DNA of 64,000 nucleotides from an uncultured Gammaproteobacteria bacterium (GTDB lineage Bacteria; Patescibacteriota; Microgenomatia; UBA8517): NCBI GenBank assembly GCA_964395115.1, contig CAYMZX010000003.1, positions 14,111 to 78,110 of the forward strand, read 5' to 3'. Shown piece by piece: positions 1 to 8,735 of this stretch (position 1 is its first letter; each line of letters starts with the position of its first letter). The notes under the pieces were generated by a model. It saw only the letters and a program-made list of their open reading frames with translations, ran no database searches and was not told where the DNA came from. The position numbers and the translations under genes were made by a program.

Positions 1-1043
1 TTCTTGGGAGAGTGCCAAGTTTTAAGTCGGTAATCTATTTTTTCTTTGAGCTCTCTAACTAGCGTCATCAGCCCGTTTTCGTCGTAGTTCGACTTGCCAT
101 CCGGCGTTTCCCTTTCTAGCAGGTTGACTTTATCTAGTGCCCCCTCCGTTAACAAAACCTCCATCGTGGCCAGATATTTGCGTTTCAATAACTCTTTGCT
201 CGGCATTGCATACCAGTTGAGTATCTCCCGCGGAACCTGCTGTCCTTTGTATGAGACCGTACTTTTTTCATTCTCCTCCTCGATTCTAAATATTTCCCTG
301 ATAAACCTAATTTTGGCTTGGGATAATTTCTCGTTCATAAAAGTTTTTTTGTCGCCGGCGGTATCGTCTAAGTCAATTTGGTGAACGGCGGCAACGGCCA
401 TACGCCAAAAAACGCTATCGTCTTGATATTTAATTGCTTTCTCTCTCAACCCCTCTTTTGCCGTCTCGGGCAAGGGTCCGCGATTAACGGACAGGCCGGC
501 TGGCTCGCTAGCATAGGCAAGTTCGTAAAATGTGGATACCGGGTCGCTTCTAAGTCTCTCCCGAACCCATTCTGACATCATTCTTTTGCCGTCAAAAAAC
601 TTCTCAATAGGCACGCCTAACCCAACCAAAATTGAAAAAGTGCTCTCTCCCCACCTGATATCTGCAACAAGTCTGTCTAGCCACGCTCCGGCCTCCTCGT
701 TTCCACTAGGGATTTCAAGCCCTGCTCTCTCAAGGGCCTCTCTTTGAACATCAAACCATAGCTCGTCATATCTTGAATCGTATGGATAGGGGTTTCTAAA
801 TCTCAAAAGGTGGCGGTCCAAAATTCCTTCAATTTTTGATAATACTGCGTGCATTAAAATCTCGCGATTTTGTTCAATCTCTTTTCTGATATTTTCTTTT
901 TCGCTTTCCGCTGCGCGCGGGAGTCTCTTCAAAGAATCTATTATTGAGGTAAGACTAGAGTCGGCCATATAGTAGGCTCTTTCCGTCTTTCTTGTTTCTA
1001 TCCCGAATAGCTCTTCTGGGCTTATTCCCTCCTTCTCTTGCAT
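1..1043 (-). CDS. Hypothetical protein, partial. The N-terminus (MQEKEGISPEELFG...) is at 1043 and the C-terminus lies beyond the left edge of the window.
   Basis: I translated the minus strand by hand from the ATG at 1043-1041 down to position 1 and found no stop (>347 codons). The supplied track omits it because it is truncated by the window edge. The plus-strand ORFs at 94-747 are its shadow frames. I recognised no family. Confidence 0.5.
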   Translation of the reverse strand, partial: MQEKEGISPEELFGIETRKTERAYYMADSSLTSIIDSLKRLPRAAESEKENIRKEIEQNREILMHAVLSKIEGILDRHLLRFRNPYPYDSRYDELWFDVQREALERAGLEIPSGNEEAGAWLDRLVADIRWGESTFSILVGLGVPIEKFFDGKRMMSEWVRERLRSDPVSTFYELAYASEPAGLSVNRGPLPETAKEGLREKAIKYQDDSVFWRMAVAAVHQIDLDDTAGDKKTFMNEKLSQAKIRFIREIFRIEEENEKSTVSYKGQQVPREILNWYAMPSKELLKRKYLATMEVLLTEGALDKVNLLERETPDGKSNYDENGLMTLVRELKEKIDYRLKTWHSPK

Positions 1044-1153
1044 ATTTTTATTTTTATTTTACCACCCGCCTAGCAATTCTGACAATTTTCTGTGAAAAAG
1101 GCTTCCACTTGAAATCGCCTCTTCACGAAGTAACCTTTAGTTAGGCGTCTGCC

Positions 1154-2203
1154 ATGGAACAACACGCAATACCACAACAAATTTCTTCTTATCAATTTCG
1201 ACTGGTCGGAGATATGACTTTAAAACAATTTTTTCAATTGGCCGGGGGGCTTTTGTTTTCTCTTCTTTTCTACGCTTGCCCCCTGCACCCGCTTATTAAA
1301 TGGCCCTTTATCGTTTTTTTTGCCGTTCTGGGAGTCGCGCTTGCCTTCCTTCCTTTTGAAGAAAGGCCTTTAGAAAAATGGATAGCCGCTTTTTTTAGAT
1401 CGGTCTATTCGCCAACTATTTTTTATTGGCAGAAGACCGTCCACCCCGCTGTTTATTTCCAAGAGGAGGCTCCTGTTCCTGCCGAAAGAATCGTAGCGCC
1501 CCGGGGCGAAAAGGCCCTAAAAGAATACTTGGGCTCAATACCCGAGTCGCCATTTTTGTCGGCGGTGGAAGCGGCGGAGAAGGCCTTTTTGTCCAAAATA
1601 ACAGAGCTTATTGGAGGTTCGCTTGTCAGACCAAAACAAATCGCAGAAACCAAATCTACTTTTCCGCCGAAACAGAAAAGCGAGCTTATAATTCCCCGCC
1701 AGGAGGCCGTCGTGATATCGCCCCCCTCAAAACCGCGGGTTGTCGTTGAAGAAAAACTTGACGAAGGCCGGGCTTCTATTTCCCCCGCGAAACTAACTGG
1801 CGTGGCTCCAGCTATCGAATCTTATGGACCAATTTCCGGAGCAGAAGCCCAGTTTGCTCCCGAAGCGGCACCTCCCCTACCACCAACAACCCCCAATATT
1901 GTTGTCGGTCAAATTTTGGATGAATCTGGAAAAATAATCGACGGAGCAATTATGGAAATAAGAGATGCTGCCGGGCGACCAGTAAGGGCCCTTAAAAGCA
2001 ATAAACTTGGTCACTTCATGATCGCAGCCCCATTGTCAAACGGAAGGTACGAAATGATTATCGAAAGGGAAGGATTCATTTTTGACCCGATCATTTTCGA
2101 GACAAATGGAGAGATAATTCCACCGATTGTTATTAAGGCCAAAGCCAGGCCTCAGCCCGTTGTTAGCGAACCGAACTATGGCGGGTCGGCCGCCCAGATA
2201 TGA
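1154..2203 (+). CDS. Membrane protein with an N-terminal two-TM hairpin (VirB3/PrgI-like topology), a Pro-rich linker and a C-terminal carboxypeptidase-regulatory-like beta-sandwich
   Basis: 349-aa ORF. Residues ~25-70 form two hydrophobic helices. The C-terminal region (VVGQILDESGKIIDGAIMEIRDAAGRPVRAL...GRYEMIIEREGF) matches the CarboxypepD_reg/PEGA-like pattern. It sits immediately upstream of the VirB4-like genes. Confidence 0.6.
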   Translation: MEQHAIPQQISSYQFRLVGDMTLKQFFQLAGGLLFSLLFYACPLHPLIKWPFIVFFAVLGVALAFLPFEERPLEKWIAAFFRSVYSPTIFYWQKTVHPAVYFQEEAPVPAERIVAPRGEKALKEYLGSIPESPFLSAVEAAEKAFLSKITELIGGSLVRPKQIAETKSTFPPKQKSELIIPRQEAVVISPPSKPRVVVEEKLDEGRASISPAKLTGVAPAIESYGPISGAEAQFAPEAAPPLPPTTPNIVVGQILDESGKIIDGAIMEIRDAAGRPVRALKSNKLGHFMIAAPLSNGRYEMIIEREGFIFDPIIFETNGEIIPPIVIKAKARPQPVVSEPNYGGSAAQI

Positions 2204-2859
2204 AAATTCCCTATCTTTCAATCCCGGATGCCCCTCTAGTCGCCACCACCCAGGCTCATTTACCCATCGCCGAAATAACCGAAGATATTGTGCTTTATAA
2301 AGACGGCGGAGCCGCTCTTGTTCTGGAATCAACCTCATTAAACTTCGGCCTGCTCTCCGAAAAAGAACAACAGGCCGTAATCGCCGCCTATGCCGCCCTT
2401 ATCAATTCGCTCTCTTTTGCCATTCAGATTGTTATTAGAACTCAAAGAAAGGACATTAATAATTATCTGGCCTTTCTAGACTCTTCGGCCCAAAAGATTA
2501 AAAACCCGAAGTTGGCGACCCTTATGCAAAGCCATCGACAATTTATTCTCGACTCCATCAAAAAGAAAAATGTTCTGGGGAAAAAATTCTATCTCGTTAT
2601 TCCTTTTAGCCCCCTTGAGTTGGGGGTTGGAAAATCCATCCGCTCAACCCTCGGGAGAGGAAAGCCCCTTCCTTTTCCAATGTCTTACGTCATCAAGAAG
2701 GCCAAAGTTGTTCTTTATCCCCGGCGCGACCATTTAATCCGCCAGGCCGGGAGGCTGGGCATCCGACTTAAACAGCTTTCCAACAACGAATTAATCAACC
2801 TTTTCTTTACAGTCTATAACCCGGAATCCCCGGCGGTTAAGAAGGATGAAATTAAATGA
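2200..2859 (+). CDS. Hypothetical 219-aa protein, possibly the separated N-terminal (CagE/TrbE/VirB-type) segment of the VirB4-like ATPase
   Basis: It overlaps the next ORF by 4 bp (ATGA). The N-terminal region (IAEITEDIVLYKDGGAALVLESTSLNFGLLSEKEQQ...) resembles VirB4 N-termini. Together with the next ORF (596 aa) it would be ~815 aa, a typical VirB4 length. Confidence 0.5.
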   Translation: MKIPYLSIPDAPLVATTQAHLPIAEITEDIVLYKDGGAALVLESTSLNFGLLSEKEQQAVIAAYAALINSLSFAIQIVIRTQRKDINNYLAFLDSSAQKIKNPKLATLMQSHRQFILDSIKKKNVLGKKFYLVIPFSPLELGVGKSIRSTLGRGKPLPFPMSYVIKKAKVVLYPRRDHLIRQAGRLGIRLKQLSNNELINLFFTVYNPESPAVKKDEIK

Positions 2860-4646
2860 CTACCCAAACATCCGGGCCTAATATCAAATCCCAGATCGGC
2901 AAGCCGCCAATAACTAACTCCAGCCTTGCCTTATATCAAAAACAGCTTGGGATTTTAGATATTATTGCCCCCAACCAAATCGAAATCGACTTTGATTTCG
3001 TAAAAATAAACGACGTCTATTTTAGAACTTTATTTGTGGCCGGATACCCGCGCTTTGTTTCGCCTGGTTGGCTGGAACCCATTATTAATTTCGATAGCTC
3101 GTTGGATATTTCATTTTTTATCTACCCCGTTGAGGGGAAAACGGTCCTTGACGACCTAAGAAGAAAAATCGCCGAAATGGAGGCGGAAATTGCGACTGAT
3201 TTAGAAAGAGGAAAAATCGTTGACCCGGCCACCCAGGCCAAACTTGAAGACGCTCGCGCCCTTCAAGAACAGCTCGTAAAAGGATCGGAAAGATTTTTCG
3301 AATTTTCGTTTTATATCACCATTCCCGCACCAACGCTTGAAGAATTAAACCAGATTACAAGACGAGTCGAGTCAACCCTGGCCTCTGTAATGATTGTCGC
3401 CAAACACGCAATTTTAGATCAGGAAAATGGGTTTCTTTCCTCTGTTCCATTCGGCATAGACAAGTTATCAATTACCAGGAATATGGACACTACCAGCCTC
3501 GCCACCACTTTTCCCTTAACAAGCGCCGAGCTTTCTGGTGACCAAGGAGTCCTTTATGGAATTAACTCCGAAAACGAATCTTTTATTATTTTTGACAGAT
3601 TCTCTTTGGAAAACGCAAACATGACCATTTTCGCTACTTCGGGGGCAGGGAAAAGTTATTTTGTCAAACTAGAATCCTTAAGAAGTTTGATGCTGGGAAC
3701 GGAGGTCATTGTTATCGATCCCGAGGCTGAATACAAAGCCCTGGCCGAGGCTGTTGGGGGAAGTTTTATCTCTTTTTCCTTCGATTCTCCGTCTAAAATC
3801 AATCCTTTTGATTTATCACAAGTTTATGAGGAGGGTGAGAATCAGTTAGGGTTAAAAATACTCTCCCTACACTCTTTGTTTAAAATCATTATGGGTCAAA
3901 TTACTCCTTCCCAGGAGGCGCTTCTTGATCGGGCGCTAGTTGCGACTTATCGAACAAAGGGAATAACGCAAGATCCCCAGACCCAGAAGAAAGAGCCTCC
4001 TTTGATGGAAGACCTTTATAAAATTCTTATCGGGATGGAAACGGCCGAGGCCCAAGACCTAGCCGCCAGAATCGAAAAATTCGTCAAGGGAAGTTTTGTG
4101 GGTATTTTCGACAAGCACACAAACATTGACATTAAAAATGCTTTTACGGTCTTTTCGGTTAAAGACTTGCAAGAGGTTTTAAGGCCAATTACCATGTTTG
4201 TCATCCTAGATTTTATCTGGACCAGGATCAAAAAAGATCTCAAAAGAAGGCTCCTGGTCGTTGATGAGGCCTGGCACATGATGCGATATCCCGACTCGGC
4301 CCAGTTCCTTTGGTCGGTGGTTAAGCGGGCTAGAAAATATTTCCTAGGGCTCACCACAGTCACCCAGGATGTCGAGGATTTTTTGGCTCAAGACATTGGC
4401 AAGGCTATTGTTACCAACTCCGCCCTTCAGCTTCTTCTGAAACAATCGCCGGCGGCGATTGATAAAGTCTCCGAAGTTTTCTATTTGTCCCAGGGAGAAA
4501 AACAACTGCTTCTCGCCGCCAACATTGGAGAGGGTATTTTTTTCGCCGGGCCCCACCACGCCCCAATAAAAATCGTCTCGTCAGAAGAAGAACATAGGCT
4601 TATTACCACCAAACCAAGCGATCGGTTGGCATCCGGAAAATCCTAG
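2856..4646 (+). CDS. VirB4/TraC/PrgJ-like type IV secretion (conjugation-type) ATPase
   Basis: Walker A TIFATSGAGKSYFV. Walker B LLVVDEAWHMM. Overall AAA_10/DUF87-like organisation. 596 aa. Confidence 0.8.
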   Translation: MTTQTSGPNIKSQIGKPPITNSSLALYQKQLGILDIIAPNQIEIDFDFVKINDVYFRTLFVAGYPRFVSPGWLEPIINFDSSLDISFFIYPVEGKTVLDDLRRKIAEMEAEIATDLERGKIVDPATQAKLEDARALQEQLVKGSERFFEFSFYITIPAPTLEELNQITRRVESTLASVMIVAKHAILDQENGFLSSVPFGIDKLSITRNMDTTSLATTFPLTSAELSGDQGVLYGINSENESFIIFDRFSLENANMTIFATSGAGKSYFVKLESLRSLMLGTEVIVIDPEAEYKALAEAVGGSFISFSFDSPSKINPFDLSQVYEEGENQLGLKILSLHSLFKIIMGQITPSQEALLDRALVATYRTKGITQDPQTQKKEPPLMEDLYKILIGMETAEAQDLAARIEKFVKGSFVGIFDKHTNIDIKNAFTVFSVKDLQEVLRPITMFVILDFIWTRIKKDLKRRLLVVDEAWHMMRYPDSAQFLWSVVKRARKYFLGLTTVTQDVEDFLAQDIGKAIVTNSALQLLLKQSPAAIDKVSEVFYLSQGEKQLLLAANIGEGIFFAGPHHAPIKIVSSEEEHRLITTKPSDRLASGKS

Positions 4647-4650
4647 ATTT

Positions 4651-6861
4651 ATGAAGCCGAACATCCTAATTGATTCGACAGTTGCCAAAGATCTTCTTAC
4701 GGTTTTGGCGCTAGAAAATGAGGCCGGACCCAAAGAGATCGAGTGGGCACTGAAAATAATTCGCCAAATTCCTGGATATGAAAAAATTTCTCTGGCTAAA
4801 GCGGTACAGGATGTCCATTTGAAAGAAATTCTGGCAGCCATTGCCAGAGAAGAAATTGCGCCTACAACCCCGAAGAATATCAAAATCTTAATCGAGGAGG
4901 CCGTTGCTAGAAAAAAAGCCCAGCAAGAAGCCGAGGCTGCCGGGAAAAAACAAACGGAAAATTTAATTAAAGCAGCCCAAAAATGGGCCTCCGAAAAGGC
5001 GCCAGAAAAAACACAACCAGCAGCCGTGGAATCTCCTTCTCTTCCTGAAGAAGGGTCCGGGCTGGGATTAAAAATTACTCCAGAAACCGGAAGGGTGATA
5101 CAAAAAATTGCCAATCGGGCTATCACGGCCCCGTTTAGGGCAGCTATTTCTTTTGGGGCGCCTATCCTCAAAGTCGAGGAGCCAACCAGGGCTGCCGCCC
5201 TGTCCCTCCTTGCTCATGGTGTGAGAAGTGATCATCTTGAAAGCCAGATCTCCCAGTTGGACGCCAAACAACAGCAAAAAATCCAGACATTAATAAAAGC
5301 GGTAAAAAACGAAGAATCTTTTTTCCCGATCCAAACGAAGCTTCTTAAAAAGGCCTTTCCCGTAAAAGAAATCGCTTTTCTTCTCGGTCCGGCATCAGGG
5401 CTTACTCAAGCCCAAGTGGCCATCTTTTTAAGAACAGAAGAACCAGGTAGGGTCGAAGTTGTTTCTCGTCGATCGTTGGTTGGAGATATTCTTAACCGGG
5501 TAGGACAGCAGCTTTTCGGCAAAGTCTCAAAAAATTTCCTGAAAAGGGGAGCCGAGAAGGGTGCCGAAAAATTAGCAAAAAAGGCAGTGGCCAAGTCCGC
5601 CACCGAGGCCGTTACCACAACTGCGGCTACCGCGACTGGCCCTCCAGGCTGGTTAGTCAAGGTCTTAGTGTGGCTAGGCTCGGAAATTCTACCAAGAATT
5701 CAAAGGTGGATTAAAGAACACTTCAAAGAGATTCTTGCGGCTGGTCTTGTTGGTATCGGCGTGATTATCGGCGGAGGCGCAGGTGCAGCCCTGATGATCG
5801 GCGGTGGGCTGGTTTGGCTAGCGGGGGCGGGGGTAACAACTATTGCCAATTCTTTTGGGGCTTTCGTGTCTTTTTTCGTCTCCGGGCTTTTGGCGCCCGC
5901 GTTGGGCGGTCCCCTCCTTGCAATTCTAGTCGGATTACCCTTGGTGATACTCCTTATTCTTTTTATCATTAACTCGGGGGCATTTGTTGTTCCACCGGCC
6001 GATTTCTCGGCTTTAGGAGAAAATCCCTATGTTGGAGTTGTTAAGGAGGTCTCTCCTACTGGACCTTTTGAAAATTTAAGCCTTCCCGTAACTGTAACAT
6101 ACACAATCACCATAACGGCAAAAAAAGGGGTCCTAACAAACATTCGCTTTGAACACAAGTGCGAAATCGTCGCCGCCAATACTACCTCTCCATGTCCGGC
6201 CCCTCTTCCCAACGTCATTCCCAACGAAATTTCACCATCCGAACCTTATGTTTTTTCTTATGTCCAAACCTATGGCGGTTCTCTCTATCAAAATTCCCTG
6301 GTGATTAACACTTTTACTGTTGCCGCCGACTCCCAAGAGCAGCCAAACGCCTCGGCTTCGACCGTTGCCTCAATAATAATCGGCAATCCTCCCGTCGGCT
6401 GTTATAATGTTTCCGGAAACTGGCCCCCTCGCGAACGGTCGGTTATTCTGGCTGCCATTTCCTGGCTGGTAGGAGAAAGGCGTCCTTTTGTAGCACGGCT
6501 TTGTGCCGCCTACCGCCAGGTCAACCTCTATTACGACCCCGCCCGAGTTTGTGGAGCGTGGGGCTGCGCCCCAGGAGGAAACAATATTTATTTCAATTCT
6601 GGAGGATTGGGAAATATTACCAACGCCACTTATATCTTGGCGCACGAGTCGGGTCATGTTTTGGCTTACGGCTCGCCGAGTCTATACCAAGCCTATCTGG
6701 TCTTCCCCGGAACAATTGGGGAGCTGCCCGTCTGTACGTATGGCGGAAGCGAACCGGCCGAAGGGTTTGCTGAAGCGATAGCTCGCTATGCAATCGGGTC
6801 CGCCTGTCTATCTAACGAGCCTAACAATAAAAAATTTGCGGAAACTTACATATTTAGGTAA
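4651..6861 (+). CDS. Large polytopic membrane protein with a charged cytoplasmic N-domain, a Gly/Ala-rich TM bundle and a C-terminal Cys-rich extracytoplasmic domain carrying an HExxH zinc-peptidase-like motif
   Basis: 736-aa ORF. The N-domain is K/E/A-rich. About four TM helices lie at residues ~365-435 (GLVGIGVIIGGGAGAALMIGGGLVWLAG...). The C-terminus has ILAHESGHVLAYG followed by AEGFAEAIARY, a possible gluzincin third ligand, plus about 10 Cys. Confidence 0.7.
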   Translation: MKPNILIDSTVAKDLLTVLALENEAGPKEIEWALKIIRQIPGYEKISLAKAVQDVHLKEILAAIAREEIAPTTPKNIKILIEEAVARKKAQQEAEAAGKKQTENLIKAAQKWASEKAPEKTQPAAVESPSLPEEGSGLGLKITPETGRVIQKIANRAITAPFRAAISFGAPILKVEEPTRAAALSLLAHGVRSDHLESQISQLDAKQQQKIQTLIKAVKNEESFFPIQTKLLKKAFPVKEIAFLLGPASGLTQAQVAIFLRTEEPGRVEVVSRRSLVGDILNRVGQQLFGKVSKNFLKRGAEKGAEKLAKKAVAKSATEAVTTTAATATGPPGWLVKVLVWLGSEILPRIQRWIKEHFKEILAAGLVGIGVIIGGGAGAALMIGGGLVWLAGAGVTTIANSFGAFVSFFVSGLLAPALGGPLLAILVGLPLVILLILFIINSGAFVVPPADFSALGENPYVGVVKEVSPTGPFENLSLPVTVTYTITITAKKGVLTNIRFEHKCEIVAANTTSPCPAPLPNVIPNEISPSEPYVFSYVQTYGGSLYQNSLVINTFTVAADSQEQPNASASTVASIIIGNPPVGCYNVSGNWPPRERSVILAAISWLVGERRPFVARLCAAYRQVNLYYDPARVCGAWGCAPGGNNIYFNSGGLGNITNATYILAHESGHVLAYGSPSLYQAYLVFPGTIGELPVCTYGGSEPAEGFAEAIARYAIGSACLSNEPNNKKFAETYIFR

Positions 6862-6889
6862 TAATTTAAAGTGCTCAATCGTGCATGAT

Positions 6890-7435
6890 ATGAGAAGGAT
6901 AAGAACTAAAATTGTCATTATTTCTCTAGTCGTCGTTTCAATCGGGGCGATGCTTGTTTTCTTTTGTCCCCGACCGGAAAAATCCCCAGTAGAATTGCCA
7001 GTCAGGGGCGCCAGCTACAAATCTCTCTCCCCCGGAATAAGTACAAAAAGGGAAGTTATTGCTGTCTTGGGAAAGCCCTTAAACGATGATTCCTCAAGTC
7101 TGCTCCGTTTCAATTCAAGCAATCCCAATCTTCCGATGGAAATTTCCTTTGTTGACGATAAAGTAGTTTTTATCAAGGAAATCGTCACGACGAAGGACGG
7201 AAAAACCGCCGACGATATCACTTCACAATATGGGACTGCCCCTCACTTTCTCTATGGACCCGCTTCGGTCAATGGTTTTAACCTTTATGTTTACCCTGAT
7301 AAAGGAATCGCCTATGTCGGCCATGTTGCAGAACCTGTTATTTTGGAAGTTTGGTATTTTCAACCAATCTCGCTTGAGGAATTTCAGCGAAGATGGGCTC
7401 CAAACTATTCAAAAACCCATCGGCCTATCCAATAG
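6890..7435 (+). CDS. Hypothetical membrane-anchored/secreted protein
   Basis: I placed the start at MRRIRTKIVIISLVVVSIGAML (ATG at 6890, after the upstream stop at 6861) rather than at the track start 6788. It has a single N-terminal TM/signal anchor and no recognised family. Confidence 0.5.
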   Translation: MRRIRTKIVIISLVVVSIGAMLVFFCPRPEKSPVELPVRGASYKSLSPGISTKREVIAVLGKPLNDDSSSLLRFNSSNPNLPMEISFVDDKVVFIKEIVTTKDGKTADDITSQYGTAPHFLYGPASVNGFNLYVYPDKGIAYVGHVAEPVILEVWYFQPISLEEFQRRWAPNYSKTHRPIQ

Positions 7436-7446
7436 TTCCCTTATTA

Positions 7447-8556
7447 CTATTCCTGAATCCTGACGGGCATTATCAGATGAAGAAAGTCGGGGTCGGAGGG
7501 GTCGGTAAAAACGCCGGGGGAGGATGAATTGGAAAGCCCTATCTTAGCCGCTTCTCCGGAAATCGCATGTAAGAATTCCTCTAAAAACCGGTAATTGAAG
7601 GCGATTTCAATTTTCTCCTCCCCTTCAATCTTGGCATCAATTCTCGTTGTCTGATTCCCGGAGGAGGAACTTTCGGCGAAAATATCGACAAAGGATCTTC
7701 CCCCTTTAATCTTTACGACATTGCCGGCATCTCTCGCAAAAACTGAAGCTAGTTTAATAGCTCTTAAAAAATCTTCCTTGTCCAACAAAATTTCTGTTAT
7801 CGTTTCCTTAGGAATTATCTTTTCAAAGTCCGGAAATTCACCTTCTAAGATCCTGGAAGACAAAACCATCCCTTCGTTTCCAAAAAGAACTTGGTTTTGA
7901 TTGGGATTAAACGCCATCAAAATCTCTTCATTTTCGGCTATTATCCTTGAAACCTCGACAATCGTCCCCCGTGGAAGGATTAACTTTTCGATTTTTGGAG
8001 AAACCTTTGTTTTCATCTTTTTTTGCGAAAGTCTAAATCCGTCTGTAGCCACAAAAATAATTTGGTTTTTTTGGAAAATGAACAAAACGCCGGTTAGGAT
8101 TGGCCTCGTTTCGTCAGTCGAGGTGGCGAAGGAAACCTGCGAAATTGCATTTAAAAAGAGATTTTTAGGCAAAATAAGAGATTCCTCTTTCCCAATAACC
8201 GAGGGAACAGGCGGAAAATCGGAGGCATTCATCCCTGTCAATGTGGATTCAAAGTTAGCAGCAGAAATCCTTAATTGTTCTTTTTCTCCCTCAAGAGTTA
8301 GGGTTCCTGCCTGAAGATTGGTAATCAATTCGGTTATTGCTTTTCCAGGAACTGTAATTTGTCCATCTTGAAGGCTATCTGCTGGAACGGTTATTGAGAT
8401 AGATGTTTCAAGATTGGTTGAGGCAACTTGAAGTTTTGTTTTTTTAGAAAATAAAAATATATTTCCAAGAACTGGAAGCTGGACTTTTGGACTAACAAAC
8501 CGAGAAGCAACGGTTAATGCTTTGACTAAATTTTCTTGAAGAACTCTAACTTTCAT
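7447..8556 (-). CDS. dnaN: DNA polymerase III beta subunit (sliding clamp)
   Basis: N-terminus MKVRVLQENLVKALTVASRFVS, ~370 aa in three domains, positioned immediately downstream of dnaA. Confidence 0.9.
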   Translation of the reverse strand: MKVRVLQENLVKALTVASRFVSPKVQLPVLGNIFLFSKKTKLQVASTNLETSISITVPADSLQDGQITVPGKAITELITNLQAGTLTLEGEKEQLRISAANFESTLTGMNASDFPPVPSVIGKEESLILPKNLFLNAISQVSFATSTDETRPILTGVLFIFQKNQIIFVATDGFRLSQKKMKTKVSPKIEKLILPRGTIVEVSRIIAENEEILMAFNPNQNQVLFGNEGMVLSSRILEGEFPDFEKIIPKETITEILLDKEDFLRAIKLASVFARDAGNVVKIKGGRSFVDIFAESSSSGNQTTRIDAKIEGEEKIEIAFNYRFLEEFLHAISGEAAKIGLSNSSSPGVFTDPSDPDFLHLIMPVRIQE

Positions 8557-8735
8557 TGTTTTTTATTACCATATTTAAAACAGTAGTTCTAGTAGTAGAA
8601 AGCGTTGATAAGTGGAAAAAGACGCGTCGAGTGGCTCCAGAATTGTTGTTTAAAATAGCCATAAGAAATTGTGTATTTCTTTGTGGATAAAAATTGAAAC
8701 ATTGTTGATAAGTGTAAAAGTCGAGAAACTTTTCC
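8557..8735. promoter_or_regulatory. dnaA-dnaN intergenic region with DnaA boxes (candidate oriC part)
   Basis: TGTGGATAA at 8682-8690 is a perfect TTATCCACA on the bottom strand. tgttgataa at 8703-8711 is TTATCAACA with one mismatch. GTTGATAAGTG recurs at 8604-8614 and 8704-8714. The AT-rich tract 8557-8580 is a possible DNA unwinding element. Confidence 0.6.

Noticed and set aside
94-747. Three overlapping plus-strand ORFs (94-384, 378-575, 532-747)
   Set aside because: They are shadow frames of the long edge-truncated minus-strand CDS at 1-1043, which I translated without interruption. Their composition is Ser/Leu-rich, typical of antisense frames.
1426-1749. Internal ORFs on both strands (1426-1749 +, 1453-1653 -) inside the 1154-2203 gene
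   Set aside because: They are fully embedded in a longer ORF with a coherent domain structure. Their Arg/Gly-rich composition is typical of an alternative frame of GC-richer coding DNA.
4581-5171. 196-aa minus-strand ORF overlapping the start of the 736-aa gene; similar antisense ORFs at 5068-5277, 5406-5660, 5700-5969, 6027-6224 and 6370-6657
   Set aside because: All lie antisense within one long plus-strand ORF that has clear TM and domain organisation. They have no recognisable motifs.
7901-8314. 137-aa plus ORF inside dnaN; also 8998-9378, 9403-9594, 9587-9793 and 9655-9897 inside dnaA
   Set aside because: They are antisense or alternate frames of well-supported dnaN/dnaA coding sequences.
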